A DNA stretch of 64,000 nt from Pseudomonadota bacterium. GTDB lineage: Bacteria > Desulfobacterota > Anaeroferrophillalia > Anaeroferrophillales > Tharpellaceae. Positions 18,532-29,434 of the stretch are shown here, one piece after another. The DNA lies in contig DSCM01000096.1 in assembly GCA_011049115.1 (NCBI GenBank), positions 17,158 to 81,157 on the forward strand, in the 5' to 3' direction. Position 1 is the stretch's first letter; the number at the start of each line of letters is the position of its first letter. Below the pieces are notes generated by a model that saw only the letters and a list, made by a program, of their open reading frames with translations, was not told where the DNA came from and did not search any database. Both the position numbers and the translations under genes were made by a program.

Positions 18532-19524
18532 ATGATTCCGTTGCCGTCGAATCTGGTTAAGGCTATACTAGCCGTGCATCTGGCCATGGAAACGGAAGAA
18601 TTATTCGCCGCCTTCGGCGAATACATGAGCAAACTCTTTGACATTCACAGATTCTCATATTTTCTGTTCAATAACGAAACTCGCTGTTACAGCTTGGGCT
18701 ATTCCACCAACATTGATGCCGCCTACTGGGATGAAATTGTTTTTTCGGAAAATGAGGCACCGTTCACGATTCTTTTTGATCAGGATCCGCTTCTTTTTCC
18801 GACCCCGATGATATGGTTCGGCGTGCGTTTCGATATGTACTGGGCCCAGAGGCTGACCTATCACGACGAAACCGCGGCCGCGCTGGTTGTCCATGAGTTC
18901 CCCGAAAATTTTGAAGAGCATTTACTTTCAATACGTTTCCTCCTCCACCATGTCACAGCTGCCATGGTTCGCGCGACTATTTATAGTGAAATGAGAACCA
19001 ACAAAGAGCAACAAGCTGCGCGGTTGGAACTAATCAACGAAATTGGGGTTATGATCGGCAGTGAAAGCCTGGAACCATTATTGGCAACCATGATGGGCAT
19101 GGCTCTTAAAATAATGCATGCCGAAGTCGGATCGATTATGATCTATGATGCCGACGGGAGACTCAAGACCGAGATTGAATGGGGACTTAATGAAAAAGGC
19201 CTGCGCTCTCTGTATTTCATGGATGAAACCAACACTCCATACATAGAGAAAATCAGCGCCGGCAAGAAGATTTTTCTGGAAACCGACCTGCATCAAAACC
19301 AGGAAATCATGATGGCAAATAGTAGATACCGAATCAACTCAATCGCTTCTTTCCCCCTTTATACCCCTTATCAGCATTATGGTCTTCTGACCATTGTCAA
19401 TCTTGATTGCAGCCGGGAGATTGAAGAGCAGAAGCTGGAAACCCTGCGGACCATTTCCCAGCTCGCCGCAATCAAGATTGAAAATCATCAATTCAGAATG
19501 AAACTTGCCGACACCTTAAAATAA
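18532..19524 (+). CDS. GAF domain-containing protein
   Basis: GAF-like segment in the C-terminal half (LEPLLATMMGMALKIMHAEVGSIMIYD). Function unknown. Confidence 0.45.
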   Translation: MIPLPSNLVKAILAVHLAMETEELFAAFGEYMSKLFDIHRFSYFLFNNETRCYSLGYSTNIDAAYWDEIVFSENEAPFTILFDQDPLLFPTPMIWFGVRFDMYWAQRLTYHDETAAALVVHEFPENFEEHLLSIRFLLHHVTAAMVRATIYSEMRTNKEQQAARLELINEIGVMIGSESLEPLLATMMGMALKIMHAEVGSIMIYDADGRLKTEIEWGLNEKGLRSLYFMDETNTPYIEKISAGKKIFLETDLHQNQEIMMANSRYRINSIASFPLYTPYQHYGLLTIVNLDCSREIEEQKLETLRTISQLAAIKIENHQFRMKLADTLK

Positions 19525-19543
19525 ACCAATTTCCAAGGCCGCC

Positions 19544-19969
19544 ATGGAACGGATAAAAATCGAGCTTCCGGAACCGAATAAATTTATTTTCACAACCACT
19601 ATCATGCCGCGGATCAGTGATATCAATTATGGCAACCACCTGGGCCATGATCACCTGGTAAGCTTGCTGCATGAGGTCCGTCTGCGTTTTTTGACGAAAC
19701 ATGGTTTCAGCGAAAAAGATACCGGAGGTTGCGGCATAATTCTCGCTGATCTGGCAGTCATCTACAAGGCCGAGGTCTGCTACGGCGAAACCCTGACCGT
19801 CGATCTTGCCCTGCTCGACCCCTCACGCGTCGGCTGCACATTCATGTACTGGGTAAAAAGAAAGGGAGATGAAAAGGAAGTGGCCAGAGCCACTACCGGA
19901 ATCGTTTTTTTTAATTACACCACCCGCAAAGTATGCGGCCTTCCGGAAGTTTTCAGACGGCTGTTTTAA
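19544..19969 (+). CDS. Hotdog-fold acyl-CoA thioesterase (4HBT/YbgC-like)
   Basis: 141 aa; YGNHLGHDHLVSLLHEVR resembles the 4HBT catalytic region. Confidence 0.55.
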   Translation: MERIKIELPEPNKFIFTTTIMPRISDINYGNHLGHDHLVSLLHEVRLRFLTKHGFSEKDTGGCGIILADLAVIYKAEVCYGETLTVDLALLDPSRVGCTFMYWVKRKGDEKEVARATTGIVFFNYTTRKVCGLPEVFRRLF

Positions 19970-19976
19970 ACCCACG

Positions 19977-21890
19977 TCAGTTCTGGAGAAGGATTCTGGC
20001 TTCCCCCTTACGGGCCGTGACCTTGCGCTGGTCAAGATATTCAAAAAGAGGAATAATATATTTTCGGCTGAGATCAATCTGAGATTTAAATTCCTGCGTG
20101 GTCATACCGCCATGTGTATTGATAAAATTCACGACTAGGGAACGCATTTTTTCGTAAGACTCCGGTGTAATGAAAATGCCATCCCGAACCTTCAGCAGCC
20201 CGCCCTCTTTAATCAGCATGTTCAAGAGTGGTTTAATTTCAGATTCTTCCGCTCCGAGCACAACAGGCAATGAAGCATAGTCGGGAAAAGCCAAGCCGGC
20301 CCGCCGGTAGAGGTCCAGGAGACGGGCTTTCAATTTGTCAGTATCAACCTCCAACCTGACGCGATGACCCGGGGTGCGTAAAAGATCCTTATCGACTACC
20401 AGGCGATCGTTTTTAGTCAGACGCAACAACAAGGCATGAAACAAGGGGGCCGATAACTCCAGCCGGGATCTGACTTCTTCCTTGGCCATCCCATCACGTA
20501 AAGCTTCACGCCGATGATAATCCGCCACCAGAGAAACAATTTGCTCCTCCAGCCCAGTAAAATTTTCACCACCGATAAACAGCTGCTTTTCATTGTCGAA
20601 ACGCACCAACTCACGACGGGCAAGAAGCTCGTCGAGAACCTTGGTCAAAGCTTTTGCGGAAAGATTGAGACAAGCCTTGAGCCGGGCCAGGGGCAAACCT
20701 ACAACCCCAGCCTGCCTGACCAGCGTAGCCACCACGTCCGCGGGTTGCGCCGCCCGCAGACGTTCAAGATCGGGCAACAGCTGTAAATATTCCTTGAGCC
20801 GATGTTTCGCCGGGCAGGGATTGATGATTATCCCCCCTCCCACCGTTTCCCGGCGGGCAAAACTGCGCAAGACCATGCGATCGCCGTAAACCACAACCGC
20901 CGGCGTTTCCAGACGCACCTGCACATAACCGGAGGCTCCCGGCTCAATCTCGCGACCGTCCAGAACGACCACGGTTCCCATCAAGGCCGCAGTTCCGCAA
21001 TGAACCAGCATTTTAGTCCGGGCTGGCAGCGCGGCCGAAGCCCCGTCTAGATGACTATAATAAAGATCAACCATCGATGTCGACAGCACGGTTTGTGGTC
21101 GAGCCAAGACTTCGCCGCGTTCAATTTCTGATTTTTCCAAGCCCTGCAGGTTGATTGCCGCCCGTTCACCAGCAAAAACCTGTTCTCTCTCCTCGCCGTA
21201 AGCCTGAAGGCTGCGGACTCTGCTGTTTAAGCCGGCAGGTACAATTGTCACCATTTCTCCCAGGCCCAGAGACCCTGAAGCAACCGTTCCGGTGACAACG
21301 GTGCCAAATCCTTTGATCACAAAAGCCCGATCAACCGACAGACGAAAGGTTCCGGAATCAGGTTTTTCAATCACCGTGGCCGCAATCTCGTCAAGGGCCG
21401 CCAATAAATCTCCAAGACCGGCCCCGGTTAGCGCCGAGACCGGAATCACGGGAGCCTCTGCCAAAAAACTACCTGCCGTAAGCTCCGAAATCTCCTCCTT
21501 GACCAGATCAAGCAGCTCTTCCTCCACGGTATCACACTTGCTGATCACCACGAGGCCTCTGCTGATGCCAAGCAAGCGGCAGACATCAAAATGTTCACGG
21601 GTTTGCGGCATGACTCCTTCGTCGGCCGCCACCAACAACATAACCAGATCAATGCCACAGGCTCCGGCCACCATATTCTTGATAAAACGCTCATGCCCGG
21701 GAACATCTATCACACCCAGAAGCTGACCGCTGGGCAGGCGTAAATGAGCAAAACCCAGTTCGATGGTGATCCCGCGTTTTTTTTCCTCGGCAAGCCGATC
21801 GGTATCGGTCCCGGTCAAAGCTTTGACCAGGGTGGTTTTACCATGGTCAACATGACCCGCAGTTCCCAGAACAATATGCTTTTCTGCCAT
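19977..21890 (-). CDS. selB: Selenocysteine-specific translation elongation factor SelB
   Basis: GTPase motifs [16 protein letters not shown] and SKCD plus a long winged-helix C-terminal region. Start at MAEKH. Confidence 0.85.
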   Translation of the reverse strand: MAEKHIVLGTAGHVDHGKTTLVKALTGTDTDRLAEEKKRGITIELGFAHLRLPSGQLLGVIDVPGHERFIKNMVAGACGIDLVMLLVAADEGVMPQTREHFDVCRLLGISRGLVVISKCDTVEEELLDLVKEEISELTAGSFLAEAPVIPVSALTGAGLGDLLAALDEIAATVIEKPDSGTFRLSVDRAFVIKGFGTVVTGTVASGSLGLGEMVTIVPAGLNSRVRSLQAYGEEREQVFAGERAAINLQGLEKSEIERGEVLARPQTVLSTSMVDLYYSHLDGASAALPARTKMLVHCGTAALMGTVVVLDGREIEPGASGYVQVRLETPAVVVYGDRMVLRSFARRETVGGGIIINPCPAKHRLKEYLQLLPDLERLRAAQPADVVATLVRQAGVVGLPLARLKACLNLSAKALTKVLDELLARRELVRFDNEKQLFIGGENFTGLEEQIVSLVADYHRREALRDGMAKEEVRSRLELSAPLFHALLLRLTKNDRLVVDKDLLRTPGHRVRLEVDTDKLKARLLDLYRRAGLAFPDYASLPVVLGAEESEIKPLLNMLIKEGGLLKVRDGIFITPESYEKMRSLVVNFINTHGGMTTQEFKSQIDLSRKYIIPLFEYLDQRKVTARKGEARILLQN

Positions 21891-21930
21891 TTTATACCCT
21901 GATTTACCCCCGTCCATCAAATGCCATGGC

Positions 21931-22665
21931 TTAACATTTGGTCAGAAAAAGCAGATATTCGACGTTACCCTTCTGCCCGAGAATCGGCGAGGCAATCTTT
22001 TGCCGCAGCACAAAACCATGGTTTTCGGCAAAATCGACGACCCTATCCAGTGCCGCCAGGCGTTTTTTCTCATGCCGAACAATTCCACCCTTGCCGATCT
22101 CGCCCTTACCTACTTCAAACTGAGGTTTTAACAGGGCTACGACCGGAGCGGCGGCCGGCAACAACAAAGCGACCGTCGGCAAAACCTTGGTCAGGGAAAT
22201 AAAGGAAAGATCCAGTACCGCCAAGTCTAGAGACTCGGGAAAATCAGTCTTGACGCTGTGGCGGATATTGGTTCGCTCCATCACCACCACCCGCTCATCA
22301 CGGCGCAGCGACCAGTCAAGCTGTCCATAACCGACATCGACGGCATATACTCGCCGCGCTCCATGTTTCAGGAGGCAGTCGGTAAAGCCCCCCGTGGAAG
22401 CGCCGATATCGACCGCCGTCCTTCCGGCGACCTGTACGGGAAAGGCCTTCAGCGCCGCCTCCAGCTTCAATCCTCCGCGACCAACGAAAGGCAAGTCCTC
22501 GCCCTTAAGTCTGAGCTCGGCATCAAGCGCCACTCGCGTGCCGGCCTTATCAATCAGGCGCTCGTTGCAAACCACTTTACCGGCAAGAATCAAAGCCCGG
22601 GCCCGCTCCCGGCTGACGGTCAGACCGCGCTGAACCAACAGGGTATCGATACGTTCTTTAATCAC
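21931..22665 (-). CDS. tlyA: TlyA-family rRNA (cytidine-2'-O)-methyltransferase / hemolysin A
   Basis: N-terminal S4 domain and FtsJ-like fold with VDIGASTGGFTDCLL. Confidence 0.8.
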   Translation of the reverse strand: MIKERIDTLLVQRGLTVSRERARALILAGKVVCNERLIDKAGTRVALDAELRLKGEDLPFVGRGGLKLEAALKAFPVQVAGRTAVDIGASTGGFTDCLLKHGARRVYAVDVGYGQLDWSLRRDERVVVMERTNIRHSVKTDFPESLDLAVLDLSFISLTKVLPTVALLLPAAAPVVALLKPQFEVGKGEIGKGGIVRHEKKRLAALDRVVDFAENHGFVLRQKIASPILGQKGNVEYLLFLTKC

Positions 22666-22675
22666 AAATTAAGGT

Positions 22676-22873
22676 TTATTGGCCGATGGCCTGATTCATC
22701 TCGACCAATAAGGCTTCGACCTCAATTCCATGCGCCGCCGCGCCCTCGGCTACGGTTTCAAACATCGAGGCCGCGCAGCCTAGGCAGACCATTCCTTTGG
22801 CGGCGAACACTTCCGCTGCTTTCGGATATTTAGTTAATAAATCACGAATAGGTGTTTCAGCCGTAATACTCAT
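22676..22873 (-). CDS. Small DUF1858-type (hybrid-cluster-protein-associated redox disulfide) protein
   Basis: 65 aa with a CLGC motif. Confidence 0.5.
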   Translation of the reverse strand: MSITAETPIRDLLTKYPKAAEVFAAKGMVCLGCAASMFETVAEGAAAHGIEVEALLVEMNQAIGQ

Positions 22874-22976
22874 CCTGTCACTCCATAACTAGCAGGGACT
22901 TATTTCCCCGGCCCCAAATTATCAATCAGCAACCTTCCCCAGCCGGTCCGGAGAAAACCTAAAACGAAAATATCCT

Positions 22977-24503
22977 TTATATCCGGGCGATAATCTCATA
23001 TTCTTCCCACTGAAAATGATCAACCTTTTTCAAGGTAATTTTTTTGCGCATGGCATATTCCAGATTGTCCAGGGAAAGGCTCTCATTATCATAGATATAG
23101 TCCGCCAGTTCAGAATTAACCATAACTATCAGTTCTTTGACATCAAGGTCATAACCATAACTTTTGAGCTCGCGCACAATCTCATAGGTAACCGTCGATT
23201 TGGATTTGACGATGCCGCGCCCCTCACAATAGGGACAGGGGTCGCAGAGCATTCGTGAGATACTGTTCCTGACCCGCTCTCTGGTCATTTCCACCAGACC
23301 AAGCTCAGAAATCTTAAGGACATTGGATTTGGCCTTGTCCCGCTTCAAAGCTTCTTCCAAGGCGGCATTGACTCGTTCACGATGACTGCGATTCTCCATG
23401 TCAATGAAATCGATGATAATAATGCCGCCGATATTACGCAGGCGCAACTGAAAAGCAATTTCCTTGGCCGCTTCAAGATTGGTCTTGAGAATCGTATCCT
23501 CAAGATTTTTCTTGCCGACAAAGCGACCGGTGTTAACATCGATTGCGGTCAGAGCCTCGGTTGACTCAATGACAATGTAGCCCCCTGATTTCAACCAGAC
23601 TTTTTGTTCAAGCGATTTATTAACCTCTATTTCAATATCGTAGGCCTGAAAAATCGGCTGGATACCGGTGTAACGTTCAATTTCACAATGCAGATCAGGG
23701 AAATACACTGAGATAAACTCTTTAAGGTCATGATAGCATTCATCCGAATCAACCACCAGCCGGTCGATTTCGTCGGAATAAAGATCACGGATAATCCGTT
23801 GTACCAAACGCAGATCCTGATACACCAGATTAAGGGATTTGGTCTTTTCTTTTTTATGCTTGATATTGTCCCAGAGTCTGAGGAGAAAATTAAGATCATG
23901 CTGCAGGGCGGTTTCATCCTTGCCTTCGCTGACGGTTCTGACAATCAGCCCCATGCCTGCGGGTTTGATCCCAGCAACCAAATCCTTAAGCCGTTGCCGC
24001 TCGACATCATCCTCAATTTTCCTGGAGATACCGACATGGTCGACGGTCGGTAACAAGACCAGATAGCGACCCGGCAGCGAATTGTAGGTGGTGATCCGGG
24101 CCCCCTTGCTTCCCATGGGCTCTCGCGAAACCTGCACCAGGATGTCCTGCCCCTCCTGCAGCAAATCCTCAATCTGCGGCGCCGGCAAAGCTTCATCCAA
24201 TTCACCATCTCCCAGGGCGAATTCCTCGTCGACGACCACATTTTCATCTGCGGGAAGAAAGGTCGCGATATCCTCTTCACTGCGCACATCGGCAATATAG
24301 AGAAAAGCGGCCTTGTCAAGACCGATATCGACAAACGCAGCATCCATCCCCGGCAGGACTTTGACGACTCGACCGTTATAGATATTCCCCACGATTCCCA
24401 GACCACGATCGCGTTCATAAAAGAGTTCGGCCAGAGTCCCGTTTTCCAGCAAAGCGACCCTAACCTCTCCTTCGGTTACATTGACAATCAGTTCTGCCGA
24501 CAT
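22977..24503 (-). CDS. rng: Ribonuclease G (RNase E/G family)
   Basis: N-terminus MSAELIVNVT...GIVGNIYNGRVVKVLPGMDAAFVDIGLDKAAFL closely parallels E. coli Rng. Confidence 0.85.
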   Translation of the reverse strand: MSAELIVNVTEGEVRVALLENGTLAELFYERDRGLGIVGNIYNGRVVKVLPGMDAAFVDIGLDKAAFLYIADVRSEEDIATFLPADENVVVDEEFALGDGELDEALPAPQIEDLLQEGQDILVQVSREPMGSKGARITTYNSLPGRYLVLLPTVDHVGISRKIEDDVERQRLKDLVAGIKPAGMGLIVRTVSEGKDETALQHDLNFLLRLWDNIKHKKEKTKSLNLVYQDLRLVQRIIRDLYSDEIDRLVVDSDECYHDLKEFISVYFPDLHCEIERYTGIQPIFQAYDIEIEVNKSLEQKVWLKSGGYIVIESTEALTAIDVNTGRFVGKKNLEDTILKTNLEAAKEIAFQLRLRNIGGIIIIDFIDMENRSHRERVNAALEEALKRDKAKSNVLKISELGLVEMTRERVRNSISRMLCDPCPYCEGRGIVKSKSTVTYEIVRELKSYGYDLDVKELIVMVNSELADYIYDNESLSLDNLEYAMRKKITLKKVDHFQWEEYEIIARI

Positions 24504-24508
24504 GGTAA

Positions 24509-27070
24509 TCAACCATCCTCTTTCATCATACTGTTGACTTTTACAACCGCCAGACCACTTTCAGGCCGCTGATCAAACGCCGCAAGGCACTTCAGTATAT
24601 CAAAAATATTAGGATTACGTCCACCTAAAACAGCGATCTCGAGCTGTAAGCAATCATTCGCCCCGAATTTCACGGCAACCAGATGCGGTGCCAGGTCGAC
24701 AACCTGAACCTTGCCTTTCTTCGACCGTTCCAGAAGCAAGGCTTCGGAACCAGCGATAACCGCCGTGGCTTTCAGCGCCATCGTTGACAGTCGGGCCCGC
24801 CATAAATCATCCTGGGCCCCGACTTCATAAACACAGCCCTGCAATCGACGATCAACCGCCTCCTGACGTAAATCAAGGCTGGCGGCCGAAATAAACCCAA
24901 GCTCCGCCGGAAAAGCCGAATTCCAGGCTGGGCCCAAATTTTCATAATCAATGGGAGAAATGGTGCGAAATTCCATAACTTCATGCCGACTGGGCAGCCC
25001 CAGAGGCAGAGCATGGGCAAAAGAAAGCTTGGGATGAGGATGAAAACCATGCGAACAGGCCAAAGGCAAACCCAGACGCCGAAAACCACGGATAATCAAG
25101 GCCACCATTTCAAGGTGGGAAAGATAGGCGAGACGCACGGACCGGGCAAAATCAACTTGGTAACGCCATTCCTGACGTTGCCCGTCCGGAAACAGGATTT
25201 CCGGCAAAGGCTTGACCGGCGGCAATGCTGCGTTGACAATTTCACAAATCCCATTCTGCACCAGACTGGGACCCGGAACCGAACGGCAAACGCCACAACC
25301 CTGACAGCCGTCATAGCGACAATCACCGGTTGCTTCCTGACGAAAAGCCCTCTCCCGCTCCTTCTCCAGAAACTTTTCACTGACCCGGCAGTCAATATGG
25401 CTCCAGGGTAGATAGTCACCCGGCTGATACCGGAATGCGGCCAGTTCTTCAAGATCAAAACCTTCCGCACGAAAAGCTTCATTCCAGAGTGCGAAATCAA
25501 ATTTATCACTCCAGGCATCGAAGGCACAGCCAAGTTGACGGGCCTTTTGCAGAACCGGCCAGAGCCTACGATCTCCGCGGCTGAAAACCCCTTCCAGCAA
25601 ACTTACACGGCTGTCGTGCCATTTGAAATTTAGCCTGCTGCCCGGAGCAATCCGTTTTAATCCCTGACGAATAATTTCCTGCCGCCGCCTGGTCTCGGCC
25701 AATCCGATCTGAGCTTCCCACTGAAAAGGGGTATGGGGTTTGGGAATAAAGGTTGAAACCGAGACGTTGAGGCGCTGACGTTTATTTTTAGATCGGGCCA
25801 GAGCCTGACGACAAAGCTCAATGATACCCTCGAGATCGTCATCGGTTTCGGTGGGCAGGCCGATCATGAAATAAAGTTTGATCAGATCCCAGCCTCGGGC
25901 AAAAAGCAGGCTGACGGTCTCCAGAATCTGCGCTTCACTCAACCCCTTATTGATAACGTCACGAAGTCTCTGGGTTCCAGCCTCCGGAGCAATCGTAAAC
26001 CCTCCCTGACGGTTTTTCCGCAACGCCTCCAGTAGAGATTCATTCAGAACTCCGGCCCTGACCGAAGGCAGGGAAAGATCCAGACCGGGACAGTAAAGGG
26101 GTAAGTTCTCGACCAGCTCCTTGAGTCTGGAGTAATCCCCGACACTTAAAGAAAGCAGAGACAGTTCTTCCATGCCGGTGGCGGCGGATCCAGCCTTGGC
26201 CGCCGCAAACAAGCCGGCCGGAGGCTGTTCCCGCACCGGACGATAGGTCATCCCGGCCTGACAAAAACGACAGCCCCGGCTGCAACCCCGGGATATTTCC
26301 AGGGCCAGTCGATCATGGACAACCTGAATCAGAGGGACCGGTGGCGTATGCGGCGGAGGCTGCTGCGTAAAACCACTGAATACCCGGCGCCTGACCACCG
26401 GGCAAGTCTTGTTTTCAGGCTGCAAAAAATAACCATCGGGCCCATTCTTGGCCTGAAAGCAGGTCGGCACGTAAACCCCCTCAAGTTTCGCCAGGGAAGA
26501 AAGCAGTTCGGCTTTGCCCCAGGCTTCGGTTTTTGCCTTCAGCGCAAGCTCGCCGATCTCGACAAAGGCTTCTTCCCCGTCACCGACCAGAACCGCGTCA
26601 AACAAAGGGGCCACCGGTTCCGGATTGACCATACTCGGTCCGCCGGCAATCAGCAGGGGAAACTTCTCATTCCGGTCCAGCGCGGCCCAGGGAATCCGCG
26701 CCAGCTCAAGCATCAACAGAACGTTACTGTAAGCCATCTCATACGAAAGTGAAAACCCCAGGACATCAAAAGCGGAAAGCGGGGTTGAACTCTCCAGAGA
26801 AAAAAGGACGGTCTCCCGCCGGCGCAGATTATCGGCAAAATCAGCCGCCGGCGCAAAAACCCGCTCACAGTAAAAATCCTGACGACGGTTCAGAAGCTGA
26901 TAAAGAAGAAGAAAACCGTAATTGGACATTCCCAGCTCATAAAGATCGGGAAAGGCCAGGCAGATATGCAGAAGTCCCGGTTTGAGCTCTCTGTGGACGG
27001 CATTGAACTCATGGTTAAGATAGCGGCCCGGTTTTTCTACCCCGGTCAGAAGCTGGTAGTCAAATTCCAT
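24509..27070 (-). CDS. Large radical SAM protein (B12-binding-like N-terminal domain, radical SAM core, DUF2344-like C-terminus)
   Basis: CSRGCRFCQAG radical SAM motif in an 853-aa protein. This is the architecture commonly found next to rng. Confidence 0.7.
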   Translation of the reverse strand: MEFDYQLLTGVEKPGRYLNHEFNAVHRELKPGLLHICLAFPDLYELGMSNYGFLLLYQLLNRRQDFYCERVFAPAADFADNLRRRETVLFSLESSTPLSAFDVLGFSLSYEMAYSNVLLMLELARIPWAALDRNEKFPLLIAGGPSMVNPEPVAPLFDAVLVGDGEEAFVEIGELALKAKTEAWGKAELLSSLAKLEGVYVPTCFQAKNGPDGYFLQPENKTCPVVRRRVFSGFTQQPPPHTPPVPLIQVVHDRLALEISRGCSRGCRFCQAGMTYRPVREQPPAGLFAAAKAGSAATGMEELSLLSLSVGDYSRLKELVENLPLYCPGLDLSLPSVRAGVLNESLLEALRKNRQGGFTIAPEAGTQRLRDVINKGLSEAQILETVSLLFARGWDLIKLYFMIGLPTETDDDLEGIIELCRQALARSKNKRQRLNVSVSTFIPKPHTPFQWEAQIGLAETRRRQEIIRQGLKRIAPGSRLNFKWHDSRVSLLEGVFSRGDRRLWPVLQKARQLGCAFDAWSDKFDFALWNEAFRAEGFDLEELAAFRYQPGDYLPWSHIDCRVSEKFLEKERERAFRQEATGDCRYDGCQGCGVCRSVPGPSLVQNGICEIVNAALPPVKPLPEILFPDGQRQEWRYQVDFARSVRLAYLSHLEMVALIIRGFRRLGLPLACSHGFHPHPKLSFAHALPLGLPSRHEVMEFRTISPIDYENLGPAWNSAFPAELGFISAASLDLRQEAVDRRLQGCVYEVGAQDDLWRARLSTMALKATAVIAGSEALLLERSKKGKVQVVDLAPHLVAVKFGANDCLQLEIAVLGGRNPNIFDILKCLAAFDQRPESGLAVVKVNSMMKEDG

Positions 27071-27156
27071 AATTTTTCGATTCCGAAAATCCCCTTAAAG
27101 ATTGGCCCCGTCCCAACAAACAACAGGACCGAGAATTTTTGTGCTCCCAGCCGACT

Positions 27157-27945
27157 TCAGCCGACCAGGAAACCGTTATCTTTAAACCATTTGAGCCCAC
27201 GTTCAAGCTCACCGCGCTGATGCAGTTCAAAGGTGTGAACCAGGGCTTTGATACCATGGCTTGCAGCCAGGGCTTTGAGGGCCATGAAATTGATCAAGCC
27301 ATCCCCGGGAGCCAGGTGATCATCATAACGGCCCCGGTTATCGTGAAGATGAAAAGCCAGAATATGTTTTTTCAGCAATCCCAGCCACTCACTCAGATCC
27401 ATTTTGCCAAACAGATGCCAGTGACCGACATCAAAGCAACCCCCGAAGGCCGCTGAATCAATCTCGTCAAAAAGCATCCGCAGGCCGCCGGGAGTGGTCT
27501 CAAAAATATTTTCGAGAGTCAGCAGCAGGCCTTGGCTCTCGGCCTGCCGCACCAGCGGCCGCCAAAAGGCAAGACTCTGTTCCAGCCAAAAATTGACATT
27601 CAAGCTGAAACGCCAACGCTCGTAACCGGAATGAAGCACAATAACCCTGGGCCGAAAAATCCGGGCCAGCTCAAAAAGCTCCAGAAAGCGCGCCCGGGTC
27701 AGAGCCGCGATCCCGGGATCGGAAGCCGCCGGGGAAAGATCAAGAAAAGGACCATGGAAAGAACAGGGTAAATCATAATTTTGCAACCGGCCCGCTAAGT
27801 GCTCCAGGGTTTTCCGCTCGCCTCTGATGCTTTCCAGATGCTGGGCAGTAAAGTAGATTTCCGGAGCCAGCCGAAGCCTGCCTAAATTATCAATCGACTC
27901 ATCAAGATAAGGGAAAGGGGTGTGGACAAAAAGCTGATCAAACAT
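27157..27945 (-). CDS. Sugar phosphate isomerase/epimerase (xylose isomerase-like TIM barrel)
   Basis: 262 aa; fold-level similarity only. Confidence 0.55.
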   Translation of the reverse strand: MFDQLFVHTPFPYLDESIDNLGRLRLAPEIYFTAQHLESIRGERKTLEHLAGRLQNYDLPCSFHGPFLDLSPAASDPGIAALTRARFLELFELARIFRPRVIVLHSGYERWRFSLNVNFWLEQSLAFWRPLVRQAESQGLLLTLENIFETTPGGLRMLFDEIDSAAFGGCFDVGHWHLFGKMDLSEWLGLLKKHILAFHLHDNRGRYDDHLAPGDGLINFMALKALAASHGIKALVHTFELHQRGELERGLKWFKDNGFLVG

Positions 27946-28121
27946 GGCAATTCACCTTGACTGAAATAATAAATTTACCCCTCAATTCAACAAACCGGCC
28001 CGACCGTTTACGGTCCAGCGTCTGCCCTCCCCCCCCCGGACCAATAACAAAACCCGCAGCCGAGCGCAAGCGTTTGCGTATCGGTCGCGGGCTTATTTTT
28101 TCTTTTCTAATTCGCCTTTCC

Positions 28122-28688
28122 CTAATCGGCAAGCAGGGCGGCAATATCAGGGGTTTTCCTGAGCTGACAGTCGTAGGAGGCCAGAATAGCTCGTTCATGA
28201 AAATCAACCAGGCGGGTATTGAGCAGGATGTGGTCCCGAGCCTCGAGATAGGTCCCCAAAAGAACCATCCGGGCATCAAGTTCCTCGGCAACCCGGGAAA
28301 ATTCCCGGCTTAAAACAAACTCTCCGGAAGGGCTCTGATAAAAGATATTTTTCATCCTGGTTTCCCGCAGAACAAAACCATTACCGGCCAGTCGGCTCAA
28401 TAGTTGTTCCGCCAGCAGCAAACCAAAGCGACTGGTTTTAGAAAAATCGTCAAGGCGCACAAAACTGGTCACCACGATTACCGCCGGCCGTTTGATTTGG
28501 GGAGAAACCTTCTCGAGCAGACGCTCACTTATCAAACCAACCTTATAATCGCGCTCATACTCGTAATCATAATCGGCGGCAGGAGGTGCCGAACTGCATG
28601 CAAATCCGAAAAGAACACAGATAAGAAGCAACAGACAACCTGACGGTACAAGCTTGCCCTGAATCACAGCCCGGCTCATGGAACCCAA
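28122..28688 (-). CDS. Lipoprotein of unknown function (paralog 1)
   Basis: Signal peptide with a lipobox (FGFACSS). Shares a domain (VxxFVxLDDFxxTSxFGxLLxExLxSRL...LLGTY) with the neighbouring gene. Confidence 0.5.
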   Translation of the reverse strand: MGSMSRAVIQGKLVPSGCLLLLICVLFGFACSSAPPAADYDYEYERDYKVGLISERLLEKVSPQIKRPAVIVVTSFVRLDDFSKTSRFGLLLAEQLLSRLAGNGFVLRETRMKNIFYQSPSGEFVLSREFSRVAEELDARMVLLGTYLEARDHILLNTRLVDFHERAILASYDCQLRKTPDIAALLAD

Positions 28689-28712
28689 AATCCTCCGCTT
28701 TAAGAGACCCGA

Positions 28713-29408
28713 TTAATCAGCCGCGACCACCTTGACCGTCGGTTGCCGAAAATTCAGTAAATAATTGACCATCGGCGAACGCGGCAACCAGATGCCACTG
28801 GAGGCATAAATAACCTGTGAGGTATTGCCGATAACCCTGGCCATGACATAGACATGATGCGGAGTAATCGTATATGAACCGGTAATCATAAAGGTCGCCT
28901 GATGTTCATCGAAGAGTTTCAGCATATCCTGACTCATGGCCAGCATGCCGAATTTTTTATGAATCCGCATTGAACGACTAAGGCGCACTTCAATCACCTG
29001 GAGCCCGATATTCTGCATTCGGCTGGCCAGGGTATCACCGATCATCCGCCCGAAAGCCGTGGTCTGATCAAAATCATCCTCACCGACGAAAGCCGAAAAG
29101 AGAAATTTTGTTTCCGCCCTACGTTTACTGTCCCGAAGAAGTTCCTGGTCAAGGAAATTAGCCTGCAGATCACTCATCAAACGATTCATAAATTCTTCAA
29201 AAACTGCGGCCTCGTCGTGGTCAGCCATCTCGCGGTCATGACAAACAGGGGCATTTTCTGAGAGCGGTTCGGCCACCGCTTCGGTTTCAACCTCAGAGGC
29301 GACTTTACTTGTCGAACGGTTCCCGGCGCAGGCCGCCAGTAAAAACAGGGATATCCCCAGGAACAGAAAGATACATTTGTTTTTGCTATCCATAACCATC
29401 TCCACCAA
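28713..29408 (-). CDS. Lipoprotein of unknown function (paralog 2)
   Basis: Signal peptide with a lipobox (LLAACAG) and the same C-terminal domain. The start may be the internal MDSKNK. Confidence 0.5.
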   Translation of the reverse strand: MVEMVMDSKNKCIFLFLGISLFLLAACAGNRSTSKVASEVETEAVAEPLSENAPVCHDREMADHDEAAVFEEFMNRLMSDLQANFLDQELLRDSKRRAETKFLFSAFVGEDDFDQTTAFGRMIGDTLASRMQNIGLQVIEVRLSRSMRIHKKFGMLAMSQDMLKLFDEHQATFMITGSYTITPHHVYVMARVIGNTSQVIYASSGIWLPRSPMVNYLLNFRQPTVKVVAAD

Positions 29409-29434
29409 AAATCAGACCAGGTTGACCAACTTGC

